IMG/VR virus record: IMGVR_UViG_3300042564_002819
Coordinates: 248,001-312,000 of that record
DNA length: 64,000 nucleotides
Strand: one strand, 5' to 3'
Below, piece after piece: positions 1-10,005 of the stretch. Within the stretch, counting starts at the first letter, position 1; each line of letters opens with the position of its first letter. The notes beneath the pieces were generated by a model that was not told where the DNA came from, made no database searches, and worked only from the letters and a program-made list of their open reading frames with translations. The position numbers and the translations under genes are program-made.

Positions 1-1
1 A

Positions 2-106
2 ATGAAATCAGCCAACCAATCATTAGTCAAGGTTATAATCGGTGCCGCTGCTACTATTAGTTCTGGCTTGCTCGGAACAATCGTAGTAATGTTAATGAAA
101 TTCTAA
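2..106 (+). CDS. 3' end of a gene with a C-terminal hydrophobic helix (probably partial)
   Basis: Open frame to TAA 104-106; LVKVIIGAAATISSGLLGTIVVMLMKF. Confidence 0.6.
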   Translation: MKSANQSLVKVIIGAAATISSGLLGTIVVMLMKF

Positions 107-123
107 ACACGATAAATAACTTT

Positions 124-399
124 ATGTTATTGCGTGAATTATTTGATCAACCTGTAAATGAAAAAGTAGTGTGGGGGAGAACTGGTAAATCAGTTGTTCG
201 CAAATATCGTTGCTCCGGCGGGAAACGACACGGTCGTGTTGTTAGCAAAATGGCACAATGTTTTGCTCCACTTGACTTTAAACAGAGTGCAAGTTTTAAG
301 CGAACCAAATCGAGATTTGGCAGACGCATGGCTAGAAAAGCTGGAAGAACAAAGCGTGTAAATCCTGCTAGTCGTAGAATACAAGCGTTGAACAGATAA
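124..399 (+). CDS. Basic hypothetical protein, putative head-internal
   Basis: TAAATA 5 nt before ATG; N-terminus MLLRELFD; K/R rich. Confidence 0.75.
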   Translation: MLLRELFDQPVNEKVVWGRTGKSVVRKYRCSGGKRHGRVVSKMAQCFAPLDFKQSASFKRTKSRFGRRMARKAGRTKRVNPASRRIQALNR

Positions 400-428
400 C
401 AAACAGCGGACAGAAAGAAAATAAGATA

Positions 429-860
429 ATGCGAGCAGATGAATTTATTAACAGCGACGAAAAGCTAGACGAAATATTACCTCTTATTGGAATGGCTGCC
501 GGGGCGGCTGCTAGATCAGTAGCAGGCATGGCTGCTAAACAGGTTGGAAAAGCTGTAGCAGGCGCCGCTGCACAGAAAATAGGACAAAAAGTTGCCGGAA
601 TGGCAGGCTCGCAAAAACAACCAACATTGCCCGGCGATAACACAGCCTATGCAGACGTTGATAGAGCAAAAGATGCTTTATTGCAACCGGGAAAAAAGTT
701 AGTGCTTCCAACTCAAGCCGGAACCCCTCAAGCATTCAAGATTACAAAAGTAGCAGGCGATGAAGTAGAAATAGAAAACCCGGATGCAATTAAAGATCCT
801 AGCCAGCCAGATAAAATTACTTATAACAAGCAAGATATTAAGAAATCGATATCAATATGA
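429..860 (+). CDS. Hypothetical protein, putative head-internal
   Basis: MRADEFI start, Ala-rich segment; operon packing. Confidence 0.75.
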   Translation: MRADEFINSDEKLDEILPLIGMAAGAAARSVAGMAAKQVGKAVAGAAAQKIGQKVAGMAGSQKQPTLPGDNTAYADVDRAKDALLQPGKKLVLPTQAGTPQAFKITKVAGDEVEIENPDAIKDPSQPDKITYNKQDIKKSISI

Positions 861-1063
861 AATTTAATGAGTTAATTAAAGAATTTTCAATACAGATGAG
901 CAATGAAGAAAAAACATTGCTTGACAAGATATCAAAACCGTGTTATGTTGAGTCATTCTCACAGAGAGAACAATATGTGATTGAAAACTTAATTAAAAAA
1001 AGTTTGCTTTCAAAGGTATATTATAAAGGTAGCACGGTAGTAATTCCAAATGAAAGACCTTGA
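857..1063 (+). CDS. Hypothetical protein
   Basis: ATGA overlap with upstream gene. Confidence 0.7.
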   Translation: MKFNELIKEFSIQMSNEEKTLLDKISKPCYVESFSQREQYVIENLIKKSLLSKVYYKGSTVVIPNERP

Positions 1064-1478
1064 CATAGCTATTCAGGAACTTGAAGACATAATCGACTCT
1101 AAAATGAACAATTTTTCGTTGCCTTATAAAAAGGGCAACAGTGTCAGACTCGGACATATTGTCATAAGAAAAAGCAAAAATCTCGGATATATAGTATTCG
1201 ATACTAAACTAAACAAACCCATAACAACTACTTTTAGTATAACAGGGGCTCTTGCCGTAGCAAAAGCTTCTATTAAAAAGTCTCCAATTTATACTATTAT
1301 GAAATACGATAACATAATAGAAAAAAATTATAATGACAGTCAATTTTATTCTCACATCATACATGGAAACGCCAGCGAGTCTCGCAAAAAAGCAGTAGCT
1401 TCTCGTCTTGAAATATCGAAGACAAAAATCGATGCTGCAAAAAATGCTCTTGATGAGTTCATTATGAAAGATATGTGA
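1050..1478 (+). CDS. Hypothetical protein
   Basis: 142-aa ORF overlapping upstream gene. Confidence 0.7.
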   Translation: MKDLDIAIQELEDIIDSKMNNFSLPYKKGNSVRLGHIVIRKSKNLGYIVFDTKLNKPITTTFSITGALAVAKASIKKSPIYTIMKYDNIIEKNYNDSQFYSHIIHGNASESRKKAVASRLEISKTKIDAAKNALDEFIMKDM

Positions 1479-1510
1479 TAAATAAATTAAACAATTCCAG
1501 GAACCCAACC

Positions 1511-2446
1511 ATGAACATAAGAGAATTTGCTAAACCAGTTACTGCTAAGTCGTTAAACGAAAGCCTTGCTGCTCGATTCGGACAAAAGATTAATTTAGAG
1601 CGTTTTACAATAGAACAGCTTCAAGATGCACGTAATAGATTGCGTACAAAACTAAGTCAAGTAGAAACAAACGAATCGTTTGACGCTGTTCATAATGAAA
1701 CTTATCAAAAATCAAAAATGATGCTTGATGTATTAAATGCTGCTCTTTCCGAAAGAGGACATGTTGAAGAAGACACTTCAACTAAGCGTTTAAGAGAAGG
1801 CGAAGAAGACAAAGCTGAATTGGTAATGTCAGCTAAAGACATGGTTGATCGTCTAACTGGTTGGATGGAAGATGTAGCAGAAATGCAAACAGAATCTATG
1901 CTTGAACTTGCTGACGCAATTCGCGACGAGCTAGGACAAGAATCTTCAGAAGCATTTGTTGGATTGGTAAAGCCTGCACTTGACAGCCTCTACCAAGCTA
2001 TGGAATCAACTCGTACTTCGTTAACTGGCGGTGTAAGTCAGTTGACCGGCGAAGGAACAGCACCAACACCTATGCCAGGTGAAGAACCAGGAATGGATGC
2101 AGATTTAGGTGCAGAAGACGAACTAGATGCAGACCTCGGCGGCGACATTACTCCGGTCAGTTCGGTAGACGACGACTTTGGAGCAGCAGAACCAGCAGCC
2201 GGCGGCGAAGAACCAGCAGATAGAGCAAAGCGTGAGTCAAAAGACTACTCAGCTAAAAAAGCAGCCGCAGGTAAAGACATTGGCAAGCCAGGCAAGCAAT
2301 TTGCAAAGATTGCAAAGAGTGCAGGCGAAAAGTATGGTAGCAAAGAGCGTGGCGAAAAGGTAGCCGGTGCTGTTCTTAAAAAGCTACGCACAAAAGAATC
2401 AGTAAATCCAACTACACTTGCAAACATACTTTCAAAAAAAAAGTAA
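1511..2446 (+). CDS. Acidic coiled-coil protein, possible prohead core/scaffold
   Basis: AGGA SD then ATG 1511 (MNIREFA); TAAATA upstream; E/D-rich helices; ends on an A9G slippery run. Confidence 0.7.
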   Translation: MNIREFAKPVTAKSLNESLAARFGQKINLERFTIEQLQDARNRLRTKLSQVETNESFDAVHNETYQKSKMMLDVLNAALSERGHVEEDTSTKRLREGEEDKAELVMSAKDMVDRLTGWMEDVAEMQTESMLELADAIRDELGQESSEAFVGLVKPALDSLYQAMESTRTSLTGGVSQLTGEGTAPTPMPGEEPGMDADLGAEDELDADLGGDITPVSSVDDDFGAAEPAAGGEEPADRAKRESKDYSAKKAAAGKDIGKPGKQFAKIAKSAGEKYGSKERGEKVAGAVLKKLRTKESVNPTTLANILSKKK

Positions 2447-2754
2447 CTGAAGAAGTTAACGCTAATAAACTGTACCAACTTCTAGTTTTATTAAAAAATA
2501 AAGGAAACTTCAACGTTTCCTTTAATCAATTAAATCAATATATGAGTAACATGGGTGACGAAGGTTTCACTTATGATATCTTTCAACAAGCATACAACAG
2601 TGACCCTAAAATTCAAAATATAGTGGCTGACTTTAATAAAAACTCTGTTAAAATAAAAACAGGCGATGAAAATAATTTATCGAGAAAACCTACATCAGGA
2701 AAAAATACTGTTTCGGCAATGGCAAAAAGAGCAACTGACTTAGGTGATTTGTAA
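2443..2754 (+). CDS. Hypothetical ORF, likely -1 frameshift extension of the preceding gene (alternative start ATG 2542)
   Basis: -1 frame is open from A AAA AAG (2437-2443) for 33 codons before the first ATG. Confidence 0.55.
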   Translation, partial: VTEEVNANKLYQLLVLLKNKGNFNVSFNQLNQYMSNMGDEGFTYDIFQQAYNSDPKIQNIVADFNKNSVKIKTGDENNLSRKPTSGKNTVSAMAKRATDLGDL

Positions 2755-2769
2755 AAATTGTAATTAGGC

Positions 2770-3450
2770 ATGACATTAATAAAAAAGAAATATGAATATA
2801 AAAAACTTTTAAGAGTTGAAGTAAATGGCAAAAGAAGATATGACTGGGGTGGCAGCATCCCAGTTCCTAGTGTTACAACAATTCTGTCAGAGACAAAAGA
2901 TCAAACACACTTGATAGAATGGCGAAAGCGTGTTGGCGAAGAAAAAGCAAAAGAAATAACAGTTGAAGCTGCTGGTGTAGGTACTCGTATGCACAAGTAT
3001 CTAGAAGATTATATCGACACCGGCAGTTGGCCAGTGCCTGGCAGCAATCCTTACGCTCAAAAAGCACATGCAATGGCAACTCGGATCAAAGTACATGCAC
3101 TCGACGATGTAAACGAAATTTGGGGATCAGAAGTTTCTTTGTACATGCCAGATCTTTATGCAGGAACAACAGATTTAGTTGGACTGTACAAAGGCAATCC
3201 GTCAATCATGGATTTTAAACAGAGCAACAAAGTTAAAAAGAAAGAGTGGATTGAAGATTATTATCTTCAAATGACTGCGTATGCACTTGCTCATAATGAA
3301 ATACACGGTACTAACATTCGTGAAGGACACATTTTTATGTGTACTAGAGACGAACAGTATTTGCAATTTGATCTGTGGCCCGATGAATTTGACGAATGGT
3401 CTCACAAATGGTGGGACCGAGTACACGACTACTATTCCAAGTACGCATAA
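2770..3450 (+). CDS. PD-(D/E)XK exonuclease
   Basis: PSVTTIL, GTRMH, E...YAGTTDL...IMDFKQS, YYLQMTAYA motifs. Confidence 0.85.
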   Translation: MTLIKKKYEYKKLLRVEVNGKRRYDWGGSIPVPSVTTILSETKDQTHLIEWRKRVGEEKAKEITVEAAGVGTRMHKYLEDYIDTGSWPVPGSNPYAQKAHAMATRIKVHALDDVNEIWGSEVSLYMPDLYAGTTDLVGLYKGNPSIMDFKQSNKVKKKEWIEDYYLQMTAYALAHNEIHGTNIREGHIFMCTRDEQYLQFDLWPDEFDEWSHKWWDRVHDYYSKYA

Positions 3451-3476
3451 ATATATAAAAGCGTAGGAGTAGTTAA

Positions 3477-5093
3477 ATGGCTGTAGTTCAAATCTCGAGA
3501 ATTCAACATCGTAGAGGTAGAAAACTTACCAACACCGGAATGCCTCAATTAGCGTCGGGCGAAATTGGATGGGCAATTGATACACAAGAATTGTTTATTG
3601 GAAACGGGTCAGTAAGCGAAGGTGCTCCGTATGTTGGTAATACAAAAGTTCTTACCGAACACGACAACATTTTTACTCTTGCTGATCAGTATACTTATAA
3701 ACCAGACGACAATCTTTGGGGATCTCAAATACCTGTAAGTAGACCCTTACAAGAAAGATTAGACGAGTTTGTATCTGTATTTTCTTTTGGAGCAACAGCT
3801 GACGGAACTGACCAAACAACAGCTATAGAAAATGCAGTAAACAATCTTTATAAAAACAGCGATAACGCTAGTAGAGTAATACTTTGGTTTCCTGCCGGTA
3901 CCTATTTAATTTCCAGCACAATACAATTGCCTCCTTATGTAACACTTAGAGGTGCAGGAAAAGGTAAAACAAAAATCATTACATCAAACTGTGATGCGTT
4001 TACAACAATACACTATAATCCTAACAATGTGTTAGAAACAATCACAAACTTAAATCAAGCAAGATACATTGAAATGTCGGATATGACTATATCAATACCG
4101 TCAACATCTTACAAAGGTATAACAGTTGCATCCGGTGTTAACAGTGTGTTTAAAAATTTACGTTTTGAAGGTGCATGGGACTTTGGTGCTACAAATACTT
4201 CACACAGTGCAATAGTATTAACAGCAACAGCAACTGATATTACATCATCATTCAATCTTTTTGAAAATATTGAGATTGACAGTTTTAATTATGCAGTATA
4301 TAGTGATGATGATGTTAAACATAACGTCTTCTCTAATTGCATTTTTTATAAGATTAAACAAGCAATTGCATTTGGACTAAACAGCGTCATTGGTAGTAAT
4401 AACCAAATGACCGGTCCATTGTTTAACACTTTTGAAAAATGTATATTTGATCGCGTAGATCAAGAAGGCATCTATGTAAAAAATGGTGAATACAATGTAA
4501 GCAGAGAAAACAAATATCTAAACGTAGGTAATAACAGTGCAGGTACTCCAATACCGTTTTACTCTAATGTACGTTTTGAAACAAACACAAACATTTCTGA
4601 TAACGACTATTTTGAAAGAACTGCATCACTTACACCAAACGAAGATGGCAACCCTTCTGTACTAAACTTTGATACACGTTATGTTCCTGAAATACACGGA
4701 AGAACTAACGTTAGACTACCTTATGCTAATGAAATTACAATAGGATATATGCCTGGTAAAGTACCAAGCGGTGATCCACAGGAAATTCTAAAGTTTCCTG
4801 TTATCAATAGCGGAACTATATTTGTTGATTATGTTTACACAGAAACTAACAATAATATAGTAAGAGAAGGTGTGCTTGAAATAGTATGTAACTTGGACAC
4901 AGAAGAAGTTACAGTAAATGACGATTACACCTACTTAGGATCATCAACTGATTACAGCACTGCATTAACTTTTTATGCAGAGTTTGCTGACTTAGGTGGC
5001 GATCTAAACAAAGATACTATTAGAATTAATTGTATTAACACAATTGCTTCAGCAGACGACAAGTTTTATTATACAATAAGAGTAAAATCGTAA
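3477..5093 (+). CDS. Tail fibre/spike-like beta-helix protein
   Basis: N-terminal IQHRRG...LASGEIGWAIDTQELFIGNG module; FGATADGTDQT...FPAGTY pectate-lyase-like start. Confidence 0.7.
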   Translation: MAVVQISRIQHRRGRKLTNTGMPQLASGEIGWAIDTQELFIGNGSVSEGAPYVGNTKVLTEHDNIFTLADQYTYKPDDNLWGSQIPVSRPLQERLDEFVSVFSFGATADGTDQTTAIENAVNNLYKNSDNASRVILWFPAGTYLISSTIQLPPYVTLRGAGKGKTKIITSNCDAFTTIHYNPNNVLETITNLNQARYIEMSDMTISIPSTSYKGITVASGVNSVFKNLRFEGAWDFGATNTSHSAIVLTATATDITSSFNLFENIEIDSFNYAVYSDDDVKHNVFSNCIFYKIKQAIAFGLNSVIGSNNQMTGPLFNTFEKCIFDRVDQEGIYVKNGEYNVSRENKYLNVGNNSAGTPIPFYSNVRFETNTNISDNDYFERTASLTPNEDGNPSVLNFDTRYVPEIHGRTNVRLPYANEITIGYMPGKVPSGDPQEILKFPVINSGTIFVDYVYTETNNNIVREGVLEIVCNLDTEEVTVNDDYTYLGSSTDYSTALTFYAEFADLGGDLNKDTIRINCINTIASADDKFYYTIRVKS

Positions 5094-5096
5094 CAC

Positions 5097-5522
5097 ATGT
5101 TTGATAAAAGATTTGAGGACAGGCTGCGAGCCTGGGCTGATTTTAGAAATCAGCTAGAGTTTTCTCACAACCCAATACAAGAGGTCATAGATTTTTATAA
5201 TCGTGCTCCTTTAGTTAACATACAGGTTGATCCATATGACCAGACCAGTTGGCTAGATCCTTGGTCACTTTTAAGAGAAAATAATTATTGTAATTTTGCA
5301 TTAATTTTAGGAATTGCCTATACTTTGCAATTAACCACTCGCTTTTCTGAGGCTCAATTTGAGATACATATCTGTACCGATAAGGAAAAGTCAGAGATAA
5401 AATATCTACTTTTTGTTGACAATTGTGTTATTGGATACAATAGAAATTGTGCAATAAAAGTTGTAGATTTACCACCATCTCTGCAATTCGAAAAATCTTA
5501 TCGGCTACCTGCCCTACAATAA
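5097..5522 (+). CDS. Hypothetical protein
   Basis: 141-aa ORF with tight spacing. Confidence 0.7.
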   Translation: MFDKRFEDRLRAWADFRNQLEFSHNPIQEVIDFYNRAPLVNIQVDPYDQTSWLDPWSLLRENNYCNFALILGIAYTLQLTTRFSEAQFEIHICTDKEKSEIKYLLFVDNCVIGYNRNCAIKVVDLPPSLQFEKSYRLPALQ

Positions 5523-5559
5523 ATATCTAACAAATTATAGAGTCTTAAAGAGGAATTTA

Positions 5560-7869
5560 ATGATGATTCAAGTCACCAAACGTAATGGTAAAAAAGAACC
5601 CCTTGATATCGAAAAGTTACACAAAGTAGTTTTTCATGCATGTGAGGGTATTACAGGAGTAAGTCCTAGCGAAGTTGAAATTAAAAGTCAAATACAATTT
5701 TACAATGGTATTAAAACAAACGACATTCAAGAAACACTTATCAAGGCAGCAGCAGATCTTATTTCGGAAGAAAATCCAAATTACCAATACGTAGGTGGCA
5801 GACTAATCAATTATGGACTACGAAAAGAAGTATACGGGCAGTATAAACCATGCACAGTAAAAGAACTTGTAGTTCGCAATATTGAAAACGGTTTTTACGA
5901 TACAGAACTAATCAACTATTATACTGACGAAGAATGGGAAAAAATTAATAGTTTTGTTAAGCACGAACGTGACGAAAACTTAACTTATGTTGCAATGGAG
6001 CAACTAAGAGGCAAGTATCTAGCACAGAATCGTGTAACAGGTGAAATCTTTGAAACTCCGCAGATGTGCTATATTTTAATCGCTGCAACACTGTTTCAAA
6101 GTTATCCAAAAGAAACAAGACTACAATGGGTCAAAGATTACTATGATGCTATATCTCTTCATGATATCAGTTTGCCTACTCCTGTTATGGCTGGTGTTCG
6201 CACACCTCAAAGACAGTTCAGTAGTTGCGTCCTTATTGAATCTGATGATAGCCTTGACAGTATCAATGCTACAACCAGTGCTATTGTTAAGTATGTGAGT
6301 CAAAAAGCTGGCATTGGTGTCGGCGGCGGGAAAATACGTGCAGTTGGATCGCCTGTTCGCAAAGGTGATGCATATCATACTGGTATTATTCCTTTCTACA
6401 AAATGTTCCAAGCAGCCGTTAAAAGCTGTAGTCAAGGCGGTGTTCGTGGAGGAGCAGCAACTATATACTATCCTGCCTGGCACTTAGAAGTTGAAGATCT
6501 TCTTGTGTTGAAGAATAACAAAGGCACAGAAGAAACTCGTGTACGTCATATGGACTACGGTGTACAGTTTAACAAACTAATGTACGAGCGTCTAATTACC
6601 GGAGGAAATATCACACTATTTTCGCCTAGCGATGTTCCTGGACTGTATGATGCGTTTTTTGCAGATCAAGAAAAGTTTAAAGAGCTTTATGAAACAGCAG
6701 AACGCAATACAAGAATTCGTAAAAAGACTGTTAGAGCAGCAGACTTGTTTGGTTCATTTATGGAAGAACGCAAAGCAACCGGCCGCATCTATTTGCAGAA
6801 TGTAGACAATGCAAACGACCACGGATCGTTCTTGCCCGAAGTTGCACCTATTCGTCAAAGCAATCTTTGTGCAGAAATTGATCTTCCGACCAAGCCATTA
6901 AATGATTTAAATGATCCGGAGGGAGAAATCAGCCTTTGCACCCTTTCCGCCATTAACTGGGGTAATATTAAAACACCAGCAGACTTTGAGCGTGTATGTA
7001 CTCTTGCAGTTCGCGGACTTGATGCACTGTTAAGCTATCAAGATTATCCTGTTCTAGCAGCACGTCTTTCAACTGAAAAGCGTCGTCCATTAGGAATTGG
7101 TATCATCAATTTTGCATACTGGATGGCCAAGCACGGCCTTTCCTATCAGCACATCGATACAGCAGGTCTTGCTGTGATTGATGAATGGGCAGAAGCTTGG
7201 AGTTACTATCTAATCAAAGCTAGTGCAGACATTGCTAAGGAGCAAGGTGCACCAAGTGGTAATTTAGAAACCAAGTATGGTCACGGTATTACTCCTAATC
7301 AAACTTACAAGAAAGATGTAGATACTCTTGTTCCGCATGTCGAACGCATGGATTGGGACAGTCTTCGTGCTCAACTACGGGAGACAGGTATTCGCAACAG
7401 CACACTAATGGCACTGATGCCCAGCGAAACATCTGCACAAATAGCAAATGCTACAAACGGTATTGAACCACCACGTGCCTACATTTCAGTTAAGCAAAGC
7501 AAGCACGGTGTTCTCAAGCAAGTTGTTCCAGAATACAAGCGTTTAAAGAACAAATACGATCTGCTTTGGGATCAGAAGTCGCCCGAAGGCTATCTAAAGA
7601 TCATGGCTGTCTTACAGAAATATATTGACCAAGGTATTTCAGTAAACACCAGTTACAATCCTATTTTCTTTAACGACGAAAAAATTCCAATGAGTGTTAT
7701 GCTACAGCACATGATTATGTTCTACAAGTACGGTGGAAAGCAGTTGTATTACTTTAATACAAACGACGGCGCAGGCGAAGTAGATTTATCTAAATTTGCC
7801 AAAGAAGATGTATTCGAAGCAGAATTACAAATTAGTGACGACGTTGCCTGCGAAAGCTGCACAATATGA
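5560..7869 (+). CDS. nrdA: Ribonucleotide reductase class Ia alpha subunit
   Basis: ATP cone VTKRNG; QFSSCVL, SNLCAEI, C-terminal CESC. Confidence 0.98.
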   Translation: MMIQVTKRNGKKEPLDIEKLHKVVFHACEGITGVSPSEVEIKSQIQFYNGIKTNDIQETLIKAAADLISEENPNYQYVGGRLINYGLRKEVYGQYKPCTVKELVVRNIENGFYDTELINYYTDEEWEKINSFVKHERDENLTYVAMEQLRGKYLAQNRVTGEIFETPQMCYILIAATLFQSYPKETRLQWVKDYYDAISLHDISLPTPVMAGVRTPQRQFSSCVLIESDDSLDSINATTSAIVKYVSQKAGIGVGGGKIRAVGSPVRKGDAYHTGIIPFYKMFQAAVKSCSQGGVRGGAATIYYPAWHLEVEDLLVLKNNKGTEETRVRHMDYGVQFNKLMYERLITGGNITLFSPSDVPGLYDAFFADQEKFKELYETAERNTRIRKKTVRAADLFGSFMEERKATGRIYLQNVDNANDHGSFLPEVAPIRQSNLCAEIDLPTKPLNDLNDPEGEISLCTLSAINWGNIKTPADFERVCTLAVRGLDALLSYQDYPVLAARLSTEKRRPLGIGIINFAYWMAKHGLSYQHIDTAGLAVIDEWAEAWSYYLIKASADIAKEQGAPSGNLETKYGHGITPNQTYKKDVDTLVPHVERMDWDSLRAQLRETGIRNSTLMALMPSETSAQIANATNGIEPPRAYISVKQSKHGVLKQVVPEYKRLKNKYDLLWDQKSPEGYLKIMAVLQKYIDQGISVNTSYNPIFFNDEKIPMSVMLQHMIMFYKYGGKQLYYFNTNDGAGEVDLSKFAKEDVFEAELQISDDVACESCTI

Positions 7870-7872
7870 TTG

Positions 7873-7892
7873 ACAGAGCCTACGGGCTCTGT
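7873..7892 (+). terminator. Stem-loop after nrdA (cUACGg loop)
   Basis: ACAGAGCC-TACG-GGCTCTGT. Confidence 0.55.
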
Positions 7893-7928
7893 TATATTCT
7901 TATATATAAATCTACTTAAGGACAGATT

Positions 7929-9056
7929 ATGAGCGTTTTCGATCTTAATAATAAAGCTGATCACACAAAAGTTTTAGCATTTCTCGACCCCACAGGCGGC
8001 CCAACAGTTCAACGTTACGATACTATGAAGTATCCGTCGCTTGATAAATTTACAGACAAGCAACACGGATTCTTTTGGAGACCCAGCGAACTTGATCTTT
8101 ACAAAGATGCAACAGAGTTTAAAGCTCTTACCGAACACGAACAACATATTTTTACCAGCAATCTAAAGCGTCAGATTTTGCTAGATTCTGTGCAGGGTCG
8201 TGCCCCAGTTGAAGCTTTTAGTCCTATTGTTAGTTTGCCCGAACTTGAAAATTGGATTCTAACTTGGACGTTTAGCGAAAGCATCCATAGCCGTAGTTAC
8301 ACTCACATTATCAGAAACGTGTATAACAATCCTAGCAAGATCTTCGACGAAATGATGGACATCGAAGAGATTGTGGATTGTGCAGAAGATATCAGTAAAA
8401 ATTACGACGATCTGATTGAACTAGCATCGTGGTATAATCTGCTAGGTGAAGGAACTCACACAGTTAACGGCAAGACTATCACAGTAGATCTTTACGATCT
8501 TAAAAAGAAGTTGTGGCTTGCACTGATGAGTGTGAACATTCTCGAAGGTGTTCGTTTCTATGTTAGCTTTGCATGTAGTTGGGCATTTGCTGAACTTAAG
8601 AAGATGGAAGGCAATGCTAAGATTATCAAACTGATTGCACGTGATGAAAATCTGCATCTTGGTAGCACACAACTGTTGCTCGGGCTGCTTGCCAAAGACG
8701 ATCCTGACTTTGCTAAGATTGCAGAAGAATGTCAAGAAGAAGCAGTTAAGATGTTTGTTGATGCAGTTAATCAAGAAAAAGTGTGGGCTGACTACTTGTT
8801 TAAAGACGGCAGCATGATCGGCTTGAACAAGCAACTGTTATGCGAATACATTGAATGGATTGCAGCACGTCGAATGAAAAAGGTTAATCTTCCTTGCCCA
8901 TACAACGTTAAAAGCAATCCACTTCCTTGGACTGAAAAGTGGATCTCGGGTGCAGAAGTACAGGTTGCACCACAGGAAACAGAAATTAGTTCTTATATCA
9001 TCGGTGATATCAAGCGAGACATCGATGACGATACATTTAAAGGGTTAAGCCTATGA
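7929..9056 (+). CDS. nrdB: Ribonucleotide reductase class Ia beta subunit
   Basis: FFWRP, ESIHSRSY, EGVRFY, DENLH, VAPQETEISSY. Confidence 0.98.
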   Translation: MSVFDLNNKADHTKVLAFLDPTGGPTVQRYDTMKYPSLDKFTDKQHGFFWRPSELDLYKDATEFKALTEHEQHIFTSNLKRQILLDSVQGRAPVEAFSPIVSLPELENWILTWTFSESIHSRSYTHIIRNVYNNPSKIFDEMMDIEEIVDCAEDISKNYDDLIELASWYNLLGEGTHTVNGKTITVDLYDLKKKLWLALMSVNILEGVRFYVSFACSWAFAELKKMEGNAKIIKLIARDENLHLGSTQLLLGLLAKDDPDFAKIAEECQEEAVKMFVDAVNQEKVWADYLFKDGSMIGLNKQLLCEYIEWIAARRMKKVNLPCPYNVKSNPLPWTEKWISGAEVQVAPQETEISSYIIGDIKRDIDDDTFKGLSL

Positions 9057-9139
9057 GAAAACCTCGTAAGCCTCGCGGTCCTGCAAAAGTTAAAGCAGCG
9101 GCAAAAAGAGCAGTAAAGATTGGAAAAAAAAGGAAATGA
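9053..9139 (+). CDS. 28-aa highly basic peptide
   Basis: MRKPRKPRGPAKVKAAAKRAVKIGKKRK; ATGA overlaps at both ends. Confidence 0.55.
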   Translation: MRKPRKPRGPAKVKAAAKRAVKIGKKRK

Positions 9140-9387
9140 GTGGAACTATCGTTTGGAGCAAAGACAATTGTCCGTATTGCGTAAAAGCAAAACGTATGCT
9201 GGATGGTAAAGGTATTCGTTACGAAGAAAGAAACATTAGCACCGGGCCGTGGACTAAAGAGCAATTGTTAGAAGCAGTTCCCAACGCACGAACTGTTCCG
9301 CAGATTTTCTTGCACGGAAATTATATTGGCGGATCAGATGCACTTGAAAAATATTTTGAAGATCATGACATGTGGAGAAATGATTAA
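9136..9387 (+). CDS. Glutaredoxin
   Basis: CPYC, TVPQIF, IGG. Confidence 0.95.
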   Translation: MSGTIVWSKDNCPYCVKAKRMLDGKGIRYEERNISTGPWTKEQLLEAVPNARTVPQIFLHGNYIGGSDALEKYFEDHDMWRND

Positions 9388-9677
9388 TGCTTATTGAAGC
9401 ACCTATGAAAGACGGTGACACTGTTACTATCAAAACGTTTAACGGCGACGAGCTGGTTGCTAGACTTGTAGAAACTAAACCAAACACTTATGTGGTTTCC
9501 AAGCCAATGGCAATTATGGCAACACCGCAAGGACTAGGATTGGGTCCTTATACGTTTACAGTTAATCCGGATACAAAAATTGAGATTAACAAAAATGCAG
9601 TAATCTTTATTGCTAAAACTGATAGCGAAATGGCTAAACAATATATTAGCAGCACTAGCGGAATCAAACTTGTATGA
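9387..9677 (+). CDS. Hypothetical protein, possible Sm-like fold
   Basis: GDTVTIKTFNGDELVARL beta-strand pattern. Confidence 0.55.
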   Translation: MLIEAPMKDGDTVTIKTFNGDELVARLVETKPNTYVVSKPMAIMATPQGLGLGPYTFTVNPDTKIEINKNAVIFIAKTDSEMAKQYISSTSGIKLV

Positions 9678-9991
9678 CAAACTTTGCTAGACTAGACGAC
9701 GAAACTACAGGTGTTTGTAGCATACACGGTCCTCAAAGCGGAAAAATTACCGGAAGTGCAACAATAACATTTATCGAAGGTAAGTTAGCAGCAAGAGTCG
9801 GTGACGAAGTAACAGCTGATTGCGGACACAAAGGTAAAATAAGTGTAGCTTCGGGTAACATAATTGCCGAAGGCCAACGTGTTGCTAGGAAAGACGACCC
9901 ATTCACCGGAACCTACACTGGAACAATCGTCGGCAGTGCTTCTAGAACAGGAACTGATAACAGCGTTTCCGGCGATGGCGGACCGCAATAA
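9674..9991 (+). CDS. PAAR-like spike-tip protein
   Basis: FARLDD, AARVGD, VARKDD repeats with Cys/His ligands. Confidence 0.85.
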   Translation: MTNFARLDDETTGVCSIHGPQSGKITGSATITFIEGKLAARVGDEVTADCGHKGKISVASGNIIAEGQRVARKDDPFTGTYTGTIVGSASRTGTDNSVSGDGGPQ

Positions 9992-10005
9992 CATATAGGT
10001 AAAAA

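Noticed and set aside
3477-5093. Diversity-generating retroelement target
   Set aside because: Only the N-terminal fibre module resembles tropism proteins; no reverse transcriptase or repeat pair in the window
5560-9056. Introns or inteins in nrdA/nrdB
   Set aside because: Both ORFs are continuous and of normal length (769 and 375 aa)
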